Below, in pieces: positions 14,167 to 26,899 of a stretch of 64,000 nt of DNA. Numbering within the stretch: position 1 is the first letter of the stretch; every line of letters starts with the position of its first letter. A program made the position numbers and the translations under genes. Source of the stretch: Octopus sinensis (taxonomy: Eukaryota); NCBI RefSeq assembly GCF_006345805.1, contig NC_042997.1:63922001-63986000 (forward strand). The letters are read 5' to 3'. The notes beneath the pieces were generated by a model that saw nothing but the letters and a program-made list of their open reading frames with translations, was not told the origin of the DNA and did no database searches.

Positions 14167-15608
14167 CTGTTCTTACATAATGGTATATGAATAGCTATTT
14201 CTCATATAAAATTTAGCTAAAGAATTTGGGGATAACACTCGGTAGTGTTACACTTGATACAAATTCCTTATGTAAAATATCTCATTAAATCCTAGAAAAA
14301 ATATAGACTAATGTAATATTTTATTAACAGAAATAAGAAAGTACACCATCCTAATCCCCATGCGTACAATATAATGACTGAATAACAAGATATACGTTTT
14401 CGTCGCACCGCTTGCAACAGCTAGAAGCCAAGATTCCGTTAAGTGAATCCTTACTATCTTAAAATGACACATTAGGTAATGTAATCATAGATATGCGAAG
14501 TCTGACTAATAGACAAGATGAACACGGATAGAACACCTGATAATTCCTTTGTTGGATTAGGATTCATCTGGTAAAAAAGATGAAGATGAACAGCACTATA
14601 ATATGTCTGATAATGCCGTTTTGTTTGAATTATTCTTGTTAATGTTCCCTTTATTACCCACGAGAATAATAATGTTAACGCCTTAAAACGACAACTTAAT
14701 TTATATTTGGTGTCATTATTTCTGCATCTTTATAGCAACATACATGTTTCACAATTGAACATGGCACTATGATTACACAACCTCCAGTAAATTTTGAAAT
14801 ATGCATTTATTTATATATTTCATTTTCATTTTGTTCATTATTTTCTGATGTTTCTTGCGACAAGTCAATAATTTCACGTCATATTTTATATATTATTTTT
14901 ATTTTTTGCTTTTTCCATCATGGAATAATTTCACTCTAACAGAATCAATTATATGCACTGTCTCATTGTTACTGTTACATTGTTTTGTATTTCGTAAACA
15001 TAGTATTACATTTTGACACCTATTGTTAGGAATTATCTAAGCCTTCTCGAAAATAATTGGCAATGAAGATTGGCGAAGAGAATCAATTATAAAGAAAATA
15101 TACAAAAATAAACATCCACTGGCAGGTGTGACAGGTTTCTTTACTCTAATTTATAGGACACCAATTCATATATATATAAATTATAAAGAAGGGTATCTAA
15201 GTGATACCACCGTACTTGAAATAGCAGTCAAAACATGACTCTAAAAGCACATCATGTATTCAAATCAGCGCAAGGTGAGAAGACAAATAGATAAATAAAC
15301 CAGTAAAAATTAGATAATTATAGACCCAGGGTTTCTGGTTCTGTTTAAAAATACTTTATCTTCGTCTATGAAATATACTAAAAATTGTACATAATTACAC
15401 ATATATACACACAAACATACGAATACATAAGTATACGCACGCGTATATAGATATATATGCACATATATACGCGACCAGTTCAGTTATCTCTCTAAACATC
15501 ATGTGCTATATGGTAAAAGTACCACTGCAGTGAATATAATGATGAAGTGAATATATATACATTTCTATATAGATAATGATAAGACTGTTATTTAAATAAC
15601 GGTCTTAT

Positions 15609-15720
<112 letters not shown>

Positions 15721-15826
15721 ATACGCGCACACACACACTACATACATTCGTACATACGTACGTATATATTTATATAAACACACACACACACATATATGTA
15801 TATGTTTATATGTATATATGAATAAT

Positions 15827-15965
15827 AGGCGCATGAGTGGCTGTGTGGTAAGTAGCTTGCTTACCAACCATATGGTTTCGGGTTCAGTCCCACTACTATA
15901 GCCTCGGGCCGACCAAAGCCTTATGAGTGGATTTGATAGATGGGAACTGAAAGAAGCCCGTCGTA

Positions 15966-16004
<39 letters not shown>

Positions 16005-16207
16005 ATGTTTGAGTGACTGTGTTCACCCCCCCCCCAACATCGCTTGACAACCGATGCTGGTGTGTTTGCGGCCCCGTAACTTAGCGATTCGGCAAAAGAG
16101 GCCGATAGAGTAAGTACTAGGCTTACAAAGAATAAGTCCTGGGGTCGATTTACTCGGTGCTGCAGCATGGCCGCAGTCAAATGACTGAAACAAGTAAGTA
16201 AAAGAGT
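15827..16207 (+). mobile_element. tRNA-derived SINE, family A, with internal TA/TG microsatellite
   Basis: Head aggcgcatgagtggctgtgtggtaag...gggttcagtccc (A/B boxes); tail gcatggccgcagtcaaatgactgaaacaagta. Near-identical inverted copy at 32335-32786. Confidence 0.92.
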
Positions 16208-16442
16208 AATATATGCGTACATATATTTCTACATATATAGTTATGTATGTATGAGGCTCAAGAAAGATTCAGTGTTTATTTAGGTTTAGATATAAATTGC
16301 TTTAATTTATTCACTCTCATTTTGCCACATTCATGCATAATCTTTCACACATTCATTAATGCAATATACATGTGTAAACAGTGATGGGCATATATATAAT
16401 ATTAATTAACAGACGATGGATTTGGTATTTAATCTTTATTGG

Positions 16443-16487
16443 GCACAACATATGTCTTGACCTGTCAGTCAGGGTCTCATCAGGTAC
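16443..16487 (-). ncRNA. Type I minimal hammerhead ribozyme, degenerate (GAA to AAG)
   Basis: gtac-CTGATGA-GACC(ctgactgaca)GGTC-AAG-ACATATGT-T-gtgc. Stem III is palindromic; stems I and II pair. Confidence 0.75.
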
Positions 16488-16640
16488 ATCAATAATGATG
16501 TAACTCACTACAGAGTTTTAATGTCGGCTGACTTGTTGCTATATGTCCATCAAGTTATATGTCCATCATTCCCTAAGTTGATGGACGTAAAACAAGTCAG
16601 CCGACATAAAAAATCTGTAGTGATACACATCTTTATTGAT

Positions 16641-16685
16641 ATACTTGATGAGACCCAAACAGATGGGTCGAAGTATATGCTGTAC
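16641..16685 (+). ncRNA. Type I minimal hammerhead ribozyme, degenerate (C3U, altered stem III)
   Basis: atac-TTGATGA-GACCCA(aacaga)TGGGTC-GAA-GTATATGC-T-gtac; inverted twin of 16443-16487. Confidence 0.7.
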
Positions 16686-16863
16686 CCAATAACGATTTTA
16701 TAGTGAATACAACTCCCGTTAATTAATATCATTACCCTAACTTCCAATGCGGAGTTCCTGGAGTAAACCCAACAGAAGTGTACCACGACTGCGGATGACA
16801 AAAGTTGGTCTAAACTGTGCCAGTGCTCTACTTAACATTTAATCTACGTATGCTTATTTGTCC

Positions 16864-16949
<86 letters not shown>

Positions 16950-16959
16950 GTATGTATGC

Positions 16960-16994
<35 letters not shown>

Positions 16995-17188
16995 TAGATA
17001 GATATATAGATAAAGTAGACATATATAAGCATATATGTATTCATGTATGTATGGGCATAAACATAAAAATACATATAGACACACACACACACACACATCT
17101 ACGTATAGGTACAAACACACACACATACACACGCACACACGCACACACGCACACACACACACACCCACATATATATATATATATATAT

Positions 17189-17570
17189 AAATATTACATT
17201 TCAAAATATCTCAGAGAGATATAGGCAGTGCTGTTACGATAGAGTAGTTGTATACTGTCAACTTATTGTGACAGTCCCATGAAGGGAATCACACTACTGC
17301 TATTTAGCCCCAGGAAGCATCAACGCTTCCTGTCGGCCTTCAGACGTTTCCTGTATCCTTATGTTTACAAGGGTGGGGGGAGGACAAACACCCCCACCCA
17401 GCTAAGCCTGCAGCCAGAGACAAGTTTCTGAGTCTTGCTCATCATCAGTCTGAAGTAGCATGGCCTGCTAGCTGGAGATGCTTGTCTAGGCCTTGGAAAC
17501 ATATAAGAATTCTAGTGAAATAAATCCACTGATTACAAAGAGAGAAATATTACATTTCTAAATATCTCAG
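17189..17570 (-). mobile_element. 356-bp terminally redundant, HHR-containing non-coding unit (retrozyme-like or solo pLTR)
   Basis: 26-bp direct repeats aaatattacatttc(a/t)aaatatctcag at 17189-17214 and 17545-17570. Internal hairpins and an intact HHR. Abuts a (TA)n tract. Confidence 0.75.
17404..17466 (-). ncRNA. Type I hammerhead ribozyme, intact catalytic core
   Basis: caga-CTGATGA-TGAG(caaga)CTCA-GAA-AC(tt)GT-C-tctg with a GUC cleavage triplet. Stem I extends across an internal loop (aggccatgc...ttcaga / tctgg...gcaggctt). Confidence 0.88.
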
Positions 17571-18220
17571 TGGTCTTTCGTGCAGCTGTCTCGGATTTTC
17601 AAGAGCTCAGTGACGACAATTCTGTTGATTCACCATGCCATTGAGATGAAAATGGGCTTCAACATTCATTAACAAAATCAGGCTGTCATTTGCCTCAACA
17701 ATTGCTTCAATATGACGTGCGAAGTTAAGGCGCTGTGCATAGCCCCATGGTTTCAACTGTTGCATAATGACCAGTTTGTCCGGGTGGAAATGTTGGACTT
17801 TCATGCAGAATAAAACTTACCAATCGATTACTGATGCCAACTTCCGCGGAATGCTTCTGAGCAGAGCAATTCGGACTCCGTATCAAAACTTATCTGACGC
17901 GTTCCACATTTTCCGGGTTCCGTACCGTTCGTGGCGTCCGACAAGTCACATATTCATTAGTGTACCTCATGTACGAAGTACATTCACCCAACCTAAGATT
18001 GTGTTAAGGATGGGAACAGCCTGATTTCGGTGAATATTGAAGTGGTGCCGAAACTCACGCTGAACTGCTGTGACAGACTCTATAGTTTTCATGTAACTGT
18101 CGTAGATGAACACACGAATCTTTACCGTCCACAGTGCTATGATTTTACCAGAAAAGAAAAATAATGCTAAGACACCACGCACCGAATGGTACCTGTCCAA
18201 CGTATGTCCCCACACTGTAC
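17571..18220 (-). mobile_element. Tc1/mariner-superfamily transposase remnant (N-terminal HTH to first catalytic Asp region), 3'-truncated
   Basis: RVFIYDSYMKTIESVTAVQREFRHHFNIHRNQAVP and HFHPDKL...QQLKP..YAQRLNFA...NVEAHFHLNGMVNQQNCRH, a decayed SDEAHFHL.G.VN.QN.R.W motif. Confidence 0.8.
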
Positions 18221-18544
18221 TAACTACAAGAATTATCCGCAGGGTTCTTGAAGCATAACCAGTAAACAAGTGTCACCTTAGTCTGCTGGCTGTTGACAGC
18301 TGACACTTTCCATCTTACCCAGCATAACAAACTGAGAGTTTTCGTAAAATAATAATAATAATAACAACAACAACAACAACAGTAACAACAACAACAACAA
18401 CAACAATAACAATAATAATGATAACAATAATACAACCCAGCAGGACAACTGAAGAATAACTCTCAAAGACTGGAATATTTACAATTACCTGTGGGTATTT
18501 TAAATTTCCCTCAAAATAAGTTAAGTATGAAAACACAAACGATC

Positions 18545-18905
18545 AGCTTTAAAATCTTTAATATCTACAATTTCTGTGAATACCTATACTTTCCTTTCTC
18601 CCTGAGTTTTCAAAACTGCAAACATCCTTTTTATATTAGGAACACTACAGTTTTCTCTGTTCGGACATACAAAAGCTCACCTTTAGTAAATTTTAAATCT
18701 TTAATATCTACGATTTTGTGTAAAAAATTTACCCTTCTTTTCTGTCCTTTCCTTTCTCCCTGAGTATTCGAAAATGTAAACATCCTTTTCATTGCAAAAG
18801 CATTACAGTCTTCTCTGATTGGACATACAAACGAACATCTCTAGAAAATTTTAAATCATTCATATTGAAAATTTTGTGTGAAAATTTCATCTTTCTTTTC
18901 TCTCT
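18545..18905. repeat. Degenerate tandem duplication, period ~158 bp, ~2.3 copies
   Basis: ttcctttctccctgagt..tc.aaa.tg.aaacatcctttt occurs at 18591 and 18749; the ggacatacaaa and aattttaaatc blocks are also repeated. Confidence 0.8.
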
Positions 18906-19119
18906 GGCTACCCGTTCCAGCAGATGGAACGAGGAAAATACTGTTCTTACTGATAAAAGGAATCGCATTGCAGAAAACAGAAGTGAACACTCCAATAAAC
19001 CACAGGAAAGGAACAGTGAAATGACCAGTAAAGGAACTAAAAATTAGTTGAGAATGATGCCTGGATTATCATTCATGCAGGGAGTGCAAGGGATAGTATT
19101 AAGTATTAACTGCGAACGA

Positions 19120-19250
19120 AAACAGACTGTATATCAAAAGAAAGAATGGTAACAGAGGACTAATTAGTATAGACCATTGCTTAAGGAGTAAACGGGGAAC
19201 GCTTGCCAAGTATTTGATAAATAGTGCCGAAGATCTGCTGCAATATACCG
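19120..19250 (+). mobile_element. Short internal fragment of an R4/Dong LINE
   Basis: Aligns to 21930-22060 (agaatggt..cagaggactaatta.tatagaccattg...aaggagt...aaatagtg..gaaga..tgctgcaatat). Confidence 0.75.
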
Positions 19251-19439
19251 GGACCAATATTATTATTATTGATATTTTTAAATGCTGTAGGTAGAACAAT
19301 AGTGATGATGATAATCACTGTGGTTATGGAGGCGACTCAATGCAAGCACGTTATTTATATATATATATATATATATTGTCTGTATGTACATACATGTGTA
19401 TGTGTATATACAAATACAGAGAGGGAGAGGGAGATGGAA

Positions 19440-22400
19440 TCTCAATAACAACTCTCCTGGATACACCACGAACGACTCATGAAATCATGATACAACACAG
19501 CAATGAAACAATTAACAGCGCGAATGGAGTATAACCGATCATGGTGAATGTTTCCCGCCCGGCACGTGCGAAACTGCCCGCATCAGGAGCATTTGGCCCC
19601 GGACGGTCGTTATGTAACAACAGATCACCTACACGCTGTGTGCAAAAACTGTCGTAAGTGGACGAAGGGCGAAGAGTAAGATACACTTATTGAATGTCAG
19701 GAAAGAGCAAAGCTGGAAAGAAGTCGTGAAGTAGGCCGACGTACCTTGAAATTTTGGATGGAAAAGGACATGTGTCCAATGTCAGAAAATAAACTAATGA
19801 ACCAACTGAGAGTGATTAGCAGGACGGGTTACTTAACTGGAGTAGAAATATCTCGGATAAGTGAGAGTCTGTGAGACCCTGTGGATAGGCTATAAAGGAT
19901 GGTCAGATTTGAAAACAGAGAGGTAGGAGTTGACAGAGAAAAGAGTAGACAGGAGGAACAGCGAAATAGTGATGGGGCTGTTAAGGATGAGGAACGGAAA
20001 CTTTATAGAGTGAACCCTGATACTGTGATGAATGGAAATGCAGGGGAAATGAACCAACTAGATAACGAATTGCTTGAAATTCAAAGACGACTTGCTGAGT
20101 TGAGGAATGCTCTAGAAGAAAAAAAAATTCAAATGAATATGAGAAGGGTAGACAGGAGTATCACAAATAAAGTAACACAAAGGATAAATACTGTCATACC
20201 ATACATCCAGTCTGAGGACATAACACAAACGGGGAATCTTCTCCGAGTTATTGCACTACTTGTTGAAGAGAAATTACAACTTAAGGCAACCAGAAATGGT
20301 GGAAACCATGGTGGGAACGGCGCTTTGAAAGGGACATAATGCGGACATTGCAAGACCTAGGAAAAAATAATCAATGGTTGAGAGAAAACTGGAAAATGGG
20401 GAAAAGTCCGATCGAGAAGAATTAAAGAAGAAATATAAAATACAGAAGAACTGGTTTGATGCAGTAATTGACCAGTTAAAGTTAGAAGATCACAGCAAAA
20501 AGATCAGAAAATTTGTGAATAGAAAAAGGCAGTTCGAGGAGAACAGATTGTTCAGAAATAACCCGAAGCAATTCTTATGAACATTAGAAGGAAACAATGG
20601 GGGAAAATGTTGTTCCTGATGCAAATCAAGCCAAGGAGATCTGAAGCGGATTATGGGTAATCAATGTGGTGCATAAAAGGGATGCAATGTGGATAGGAAC
20701 TATGAAGACAGAATTATAAAGAGGAAAGAAACAAAGGAATATTGTCATTGATGTGAAAGAACAAGTAGGTAAAATACCTAACTGGAAAACACCCGGACCA
20801 GATGGTCCGGGTGTCATATCTTTTTGCTGAACAGATGCCACACGGTGCATGAATGACTAGCAGCCCAATGAATGTCCAGTACGGTTCAGTCCGCTCGTGG
20901 ATGGTGACAGGCATGACAACACTTATAATGAAAGATAGAAGAAAGGGGAATATTGTGGAGAACTACCGTTCCATAGCATGCCTGAACATAATCTGGAAGA
21001 TAGTCACTGTAATATGTGAGGCAAAGACGCATACTTTCCTGGTACAGGTCGAAATACTACCAAGAGAACAAAACCGATGTAGAAAGAGTTTTCAGGGTAT
21101 GAAGGATCACCTGGTCTTCGATAAAACTGTTTTGAGGCATTGTAAAAAGACATCATACAAACATGTCTATGGCTTGGACTGACTTTAAGAAGGCATATGA
21201 TGTGATGCCTTATTCTTGGATCGTTGAATGCCTGTAGATGTTTGGTGTTGCCGAAAACATCACAAATTTTCTGATGCATAGCATGAAAGAGTGGGAAACC
21301 ATATTGTAGTCAAGTACTGTATTCCTTGGAGAAGTTAATTGTAAATTTTCCAAGGTGACTCGCTTTCTCCGTTACTATTCGTAATTGTAGTAATACCCGT
21401 AGCAATGGAACTTAGGTAGCATAAGATGGGTTACCAATGTGAGAAGAAAGGCGCATCATTGAAACATCGTCTGTTTATGGATGATCTGTAATTATTTGGG
21501 AAATCTGAAAAACAGATACATTCCTCAACCAAAACAGTCCAAAAGTGTGTCAAGAACATCGGTATGGGTTTTGGGATTACCAAATGCTCAGTACTTAATA
21601 TGAAAACAAGGAAGAAAGCATCCTGCAGAGGATTGTGGTTAGCATCAGGAGAGACCCTGAGTGAACTCGATGGTAGTGGGCATAGATATTCAGTGGGGTT
21701 GGGAGCTGGATGACATTCTGTACAGGGAAATGAAAGTTAAGGTCAGTTAGGTATATCGTAAAAGTGTGATGGGCCTGAAATCCAAACTGAATGCCAAAAA
21801 TTTGATTACCACAATGAATATCTGGTCAGCTGCGATGATCAGATATAGTGCGTTTATCCTCCAATGGACTAAGGAGGAAACATCAACACTGGATAGAAGG
21901 ACGAGAAAGTTGATGACGCTGCAAACTTAAACAGAGTGTATATGAAAAGATAGAATGGTGGCAGAGGACTAATTACTATAGACCATTGTATAAGGAGTGA
22001 AAAGAGAACGCTTGCTGAGCATTTAATAAATAGTGGTGAAGACTTGCTGCAATATGCCGCGAAAGATAAGGCTGTAAATGCAGATGAAATGTTGGACAAG
22101 GAAGAGTTTAACCGAAGAGCTGAGGAGAAGAGAAAAGAAGACCTTCGTGAAATGAGATTGCATAGACAGTTTGAAAGGAAAACATATGTCGTTAAGGATA
22201 ATGCAGCATCGTGGCCATGGCTTGAGTGAGCTGGTTTGTAGCGTACAACCCAAAGCCTGATCATTGCTGCAGAGGACCAGGCTCTCGCTAATATGTCAGT
22301 GAAGTATAACATTTATCAAACGTCTGACACCCAGAAATGCAGACTCTCTGGAAAGAATTAGGAAAATGTAACCCACTTGGTAAATGGAAGTGAGAGCCTT

Positions 22401-22945
22401 GCACAAAAATAATAAAAGCACCGCCACGATCGTGTGTGTGTGAATCATTATTGGCTCTTATGCTGTAAATACCAATATGAAGTAACAGAGAACTGGTAGG
22501 AGCGTGTACCAAGTAAGTTACGCAGTAGGATAGAAAAGTAACGATACAATGGGACAATCATTTTCAGACGGATCGTGCAATCGAATACCGTCAGCTGGAT
22601 GTTGTCATATTAAATAAGAGAGATGAATACTGTTAGATCATTGATGTAGCAGTACCAAATAACATGAATGTTGTGAGTAAAGATGTTGAATTGAAAACAT
22701 CACCAAGTGCTCCGAATTGATAGTGGAAATGGGAAGACTATATGGAATACGAGAGTGTAATGTAAAAGTGATACCATTGGTGATTGGAATGTTAGGCTGA
22801 ATCCCATGAAACTTCAAGACCTCTTAAGTCAACTAGAAATCCCATGCAAGATTGATGTCCTGCAAAAAGCCTCTGATGTCCTTCTGACTTGACAGATGAC
22901 TAAAGACTCCGGTTCGGTTTAACTTACACCGTGTTAGGAGGGAAT
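19440..22945 (+). mobile_element. Near-full-length decayed R4/Dong-clade non-LTR retrotransposon (RT + CCHC + REL endonuclease)
   Basis: Motifs in order: KWT N-terminus, ENRLFRNNPKQF, PNWKTPGPDG, NYRSIACLNIIWK, DFKKAYD, FQGDSLSPLLF, LFMDDL, AAEDQAL, RHDRV, IIDVAVP, VIPLVIGMLG. Many stops and frameshifts. The 3' end runs into (TAA)n. Confidence 0.92.
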
Positions 22946-22976
22946 ATTAATAATAATGATAATGATAATAATAATG

Positions 22977-23050
<74 letters not shown>

Positions 23051-23220
23051 TATAATTATAATAATACGAAGAAGATGAAGAAGAAGAAGAAGGAGAGGAG
23101 GAGGAGGAAGAGGAAGAGGAAGAAGAAGAAGAAGAAGAAGAAGAAGAAGAAGAAGAGGAAGAGGAAGAGGAAGAAGAAGAAGAAGAAGAGGAAAAAGATG
23201 ATGAAGAAGAAGAAGAAATA
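22946..23220. repeat. Compound (TAA)n-(GAA/GAG)n microsatellite
   Basis: Read directly from the sequence. Confidence 0.97.
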
Positions 23221-24983
23221 GAGATGAAGTCGTCGGACGGTAAAAATAGATTTTGATCACAATATTAGAAAGATGGTAAAGGAAAAGATGTAAAGTGAAC
23301 CACTTGTATATTCTTGTAACAAAAATAGAAAGACTGAAATGACATTACGTAGTCACCGTTTCCATTACATTTATATTAAGCAGCATAAATATACACACTT
23401 ATACCAACGTTGTAAAGATATGAACCACAAATAAAATACAGTCTAAACTCTAAAGTCGTCTGCAAGTTCCGCGAAATATACTTGATAATTCATCTCTTTA
23501 AGTTTTTTGTTTATATCTTATCTCATTTCTATAATATCTCATCTCTTGGACATCTAACCTCCTTAGAGCATAATCACCTACTACACTATTGCTGTTCCAA
23601 GAATTTCTCCTAGTCTTCCATCTTTTTTTTTATCTACTTATACCAAGTTGATTAGTAACGTTAATGTTTCGAAAGAAAGTTAGATAAAATCAACTCACTT
23701 CAAATTTCTTCTTCGAGTGTTACTTAAAGTCTATAAAGTTTGTTGTTATTCAGTTCGTTCGAAGTCAATCGTTTTTTTTTCTTTATCTAGTATTACATTG
23801 TCCATAATAACTTTTAGTTACGTCTATATTGTGGATTGTGATTCGAGATAAACCTAGCTCTATTTATTACAGATTGAATAACTGCATAGTAACCTTGTGT
23901 ATTAAAATGATAAATTATGACCACAACTAACGAAATACGTTTTGGCAAAATTATAGCATATGAAATAATCGATATTCTGCTCTATGGTAAGAGCTAAATG
24001 ATGTCCTCCACTTACCTTAGCCAAAACTTAAACTAAACTTGTCCAAATGTCTCATTTTTTTTTATGCAACTCAGATACAATTGTTTTTTAAATATATAAT
24101 TGGTAGTATTTGTTTTACAATTTTATCACTACGTTCTTCTGAAACATCTTTGAAATCTATGATTACAAAGAAAAAAATAATTAGAACCGGGTATTCATTA
24201 CTTTCATGTGCATATTAGATTCCAAATATCACTAATTGGCTACTAAATAACTAAAAGATATTTAGGTTTTCTGGCCATATTTTAGAAACTAGTAGATTTA
24301 TAAATCTAAGCCAATTCACTGCAATCCATTATGCACTACGCTATTTTCAAATATCAGCTATAATTTCTATAATTCAAGGAGCAACAAGTGCAAGCTAAGT
24401 TGGTCTTGATGGGAGCTGACTTCCATTAAACCAATGAAACAAATTAGCTTTAAATATTAGTATCATACATCATATCTCTACTCTACCTCGAGATTTGATT
24501 ATACATTTCCTTCACAATAACTCGGTAACGTGTAATTGGATAATCAACCGATAAGATTATTTGTTTTACTTGTCACAAAGCCAGTTTCACTAGTAGAGGA
24601 ATTCAGAAGACTGGATGAAAGAAACGTCACTGTTAAGTGTATATTAACAAGGGACAGATAAGTAACATTAGTTACCAGGAATGATTTGAAATCTGACCAG
24701 TGAGCTACCGACCTAAATTCTGCATTATATGCACACCAGCCTTATACGCCGTCCAGTGTCTGACTTATCAAATTTTCGTACCAATAGGTTTTCAACCACC
24801 TGTTGTGATTTACAGTAACTTTCAGAAAACAAATCATTAATAGAATCCATTGTATGTGTGCATATATGTGTGTGCACGTGTGTGTGTGGGGGGGGGCGAA
24901 GGCGTGTGTTATATATTATATATACACTTATTTATATGCATTTATGAATATATATATGTATATGTGTGTGTAGGTATGATGAT

Positions 24984-25110
<127 letters not shown>

Positions 25111-25150
25111 TTATATATATATATTATATATATATATTATATATATATAT

Positions 25151-25237
<87 letters not shown>

Positions 25238-26261
25238 TATAGATAGATAGACGTTTGTATGTATATATGCATATAACATCTCTCCAATACTGTCATCTAC
25301 AATTGAAAATTAATTAAATAAAGCGTCTCGAAATTCACTAATGGGATTTATTAATTTGTTGAAATGGAACTTTTCTCCATAACAAGCTGTATACAGAGAA
25401 GACAGCTACTGATATTCTACAGACAAACTTGACTTAGCTGAATATTGATAAATTACGCTGTTGGAGTGAAGCATTTATTTTATTCATATCTTCGACTCCC
25501 ATGCGTGATTACCAGAAATAAAGTGTTCTTGACTCTACTTTTAGAAGATAGCAGTAGAGACGTCTGAACATATGAAATATGTACATAATTAATTTGTTGT
25601 AAATTTAATATACTGAATAAATTAGACAATGCGGGACATAAATGAGGAGAGCACATGACTAATGTACTTATTGTAGTATACAGTCATCCCTGTTCAAATT
25701 TCACCGATAGCAATTATACGATTTCTTGTATGTATCTTAAATATGCGAAATTGGCAAGTAATGATGGATAAAATAAATACTAGAAAAAACTATGTACTGA
25801 AATTTGAGTGATCGAATATATCCTTGATCGCAGTTTAATATGAAAGATGAAATAGGGACAAATACACAGCTCAAGAGGCTAATACACAAACATGACGCAC
25901 ACACACACACACATACACATATTTATGTAGTATCAAGACAGTTTAAGCATATATTAACTAAATTTGACGGAAATTGATGGGTGAGCGTTTGGCCAATCAG
26001 ATTCCCAAGGAGCCATGAAAGCGTTGATTGGTGAGTTCGTTTCAACCTGAGGTTAGCTCATCATTTTTCTATCATTTGTTTATATTTAAAAGTTGTCGCT
26101 TTAAATCGGAGAATAAATATCATTATGATATATATTATATAGAGTTATTATACGATGAGCCTTCCGTAGTAGCTTTCTCTCTGTAACTCGCAAACGTTTT
26201 CGGGTTTGTTATAAAATATTATTTATATAGCATATATTTATATATATATAAACAGATCTCC

Positions 26262-26370
<109 letters not shown>

Positions 26371-26446
26371 GTATAAGGGTAGAAAATGATATTAAAACCA
26401 ATGGCTTAGAATATTTAAAATCCGAAGATTAAAAATTGTGTTACAT

Positions 26447-26538
26447 ACAAAATTAAGAGTATGACCACCAAAGTGGACACCTAATATGCTAAACATAGCA
26501 TATTTGGTGTCCACGTTAGTGGTCATTCCTCTTAATTT

Positions 26539-26541
<3 letters not shown>
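26447..26541. repeat. Imperfect hairpin with ~45-bp arms and a 4-nt loop
   Basis: acaaaattaagagtatgaccaccaaagtggacacctaatatgcta-aaca-tagcatatttggtgtccacgttagtggtcattcctcttaattttgt. Confidence 0.9.
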
Positions 26542-26583
<42 letters not shown>

Positions 26584-26726
26584 TATATAATCAAAATAAG
26601 GGTGAAAAATTGGATATTAATTTAATAACATCAATTTTAACACCAGTGGTCTAGCATATAAAAAACTGAGGTAATACTATATATATATATATATACATAC
26701 ATATATATGTATGTGTGTGAGTGTGT

Positions 26727-26768
<42 letters not shown>

Positions 26769-26899
26769 AGTGTCTCTGTATAAATTTTCAGGATTCACAA
26801 TAACCAGGTATTTAAATACTAAAAGCACCAAGGTAGAGTCGGGGATAGTGTACACGTGTACCGACAATGTATGTTGATATATACGTTGTAGCTAAAGTT

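Larger units (their letters stand above)
16399..16729. repeat. Foldback (inverted repeat with ~155-bp arms) carrying two divergent hammerhead motifs
   Basis: The reverse complement of the left arm aligns to the right arm (ttgatggac...aacaagtcagccgacat...tctgtagtga...ttattgat.tac.tgatgagaccc...cccaataa...gttaattaatat). Confidence 0.9.

Noticed and set aside
15827-15900. tRNA gene (also other SINE heads)
   Set aside because: A/B boxes are present, but I could not build a convincing cloverleaf and each is followed by a multi-copy SINE body.
26148-26200. tacgatgagc...gcaaacgtt hammerhead-like fragment
   Set aside because: Core and stems are too degenerate to call.
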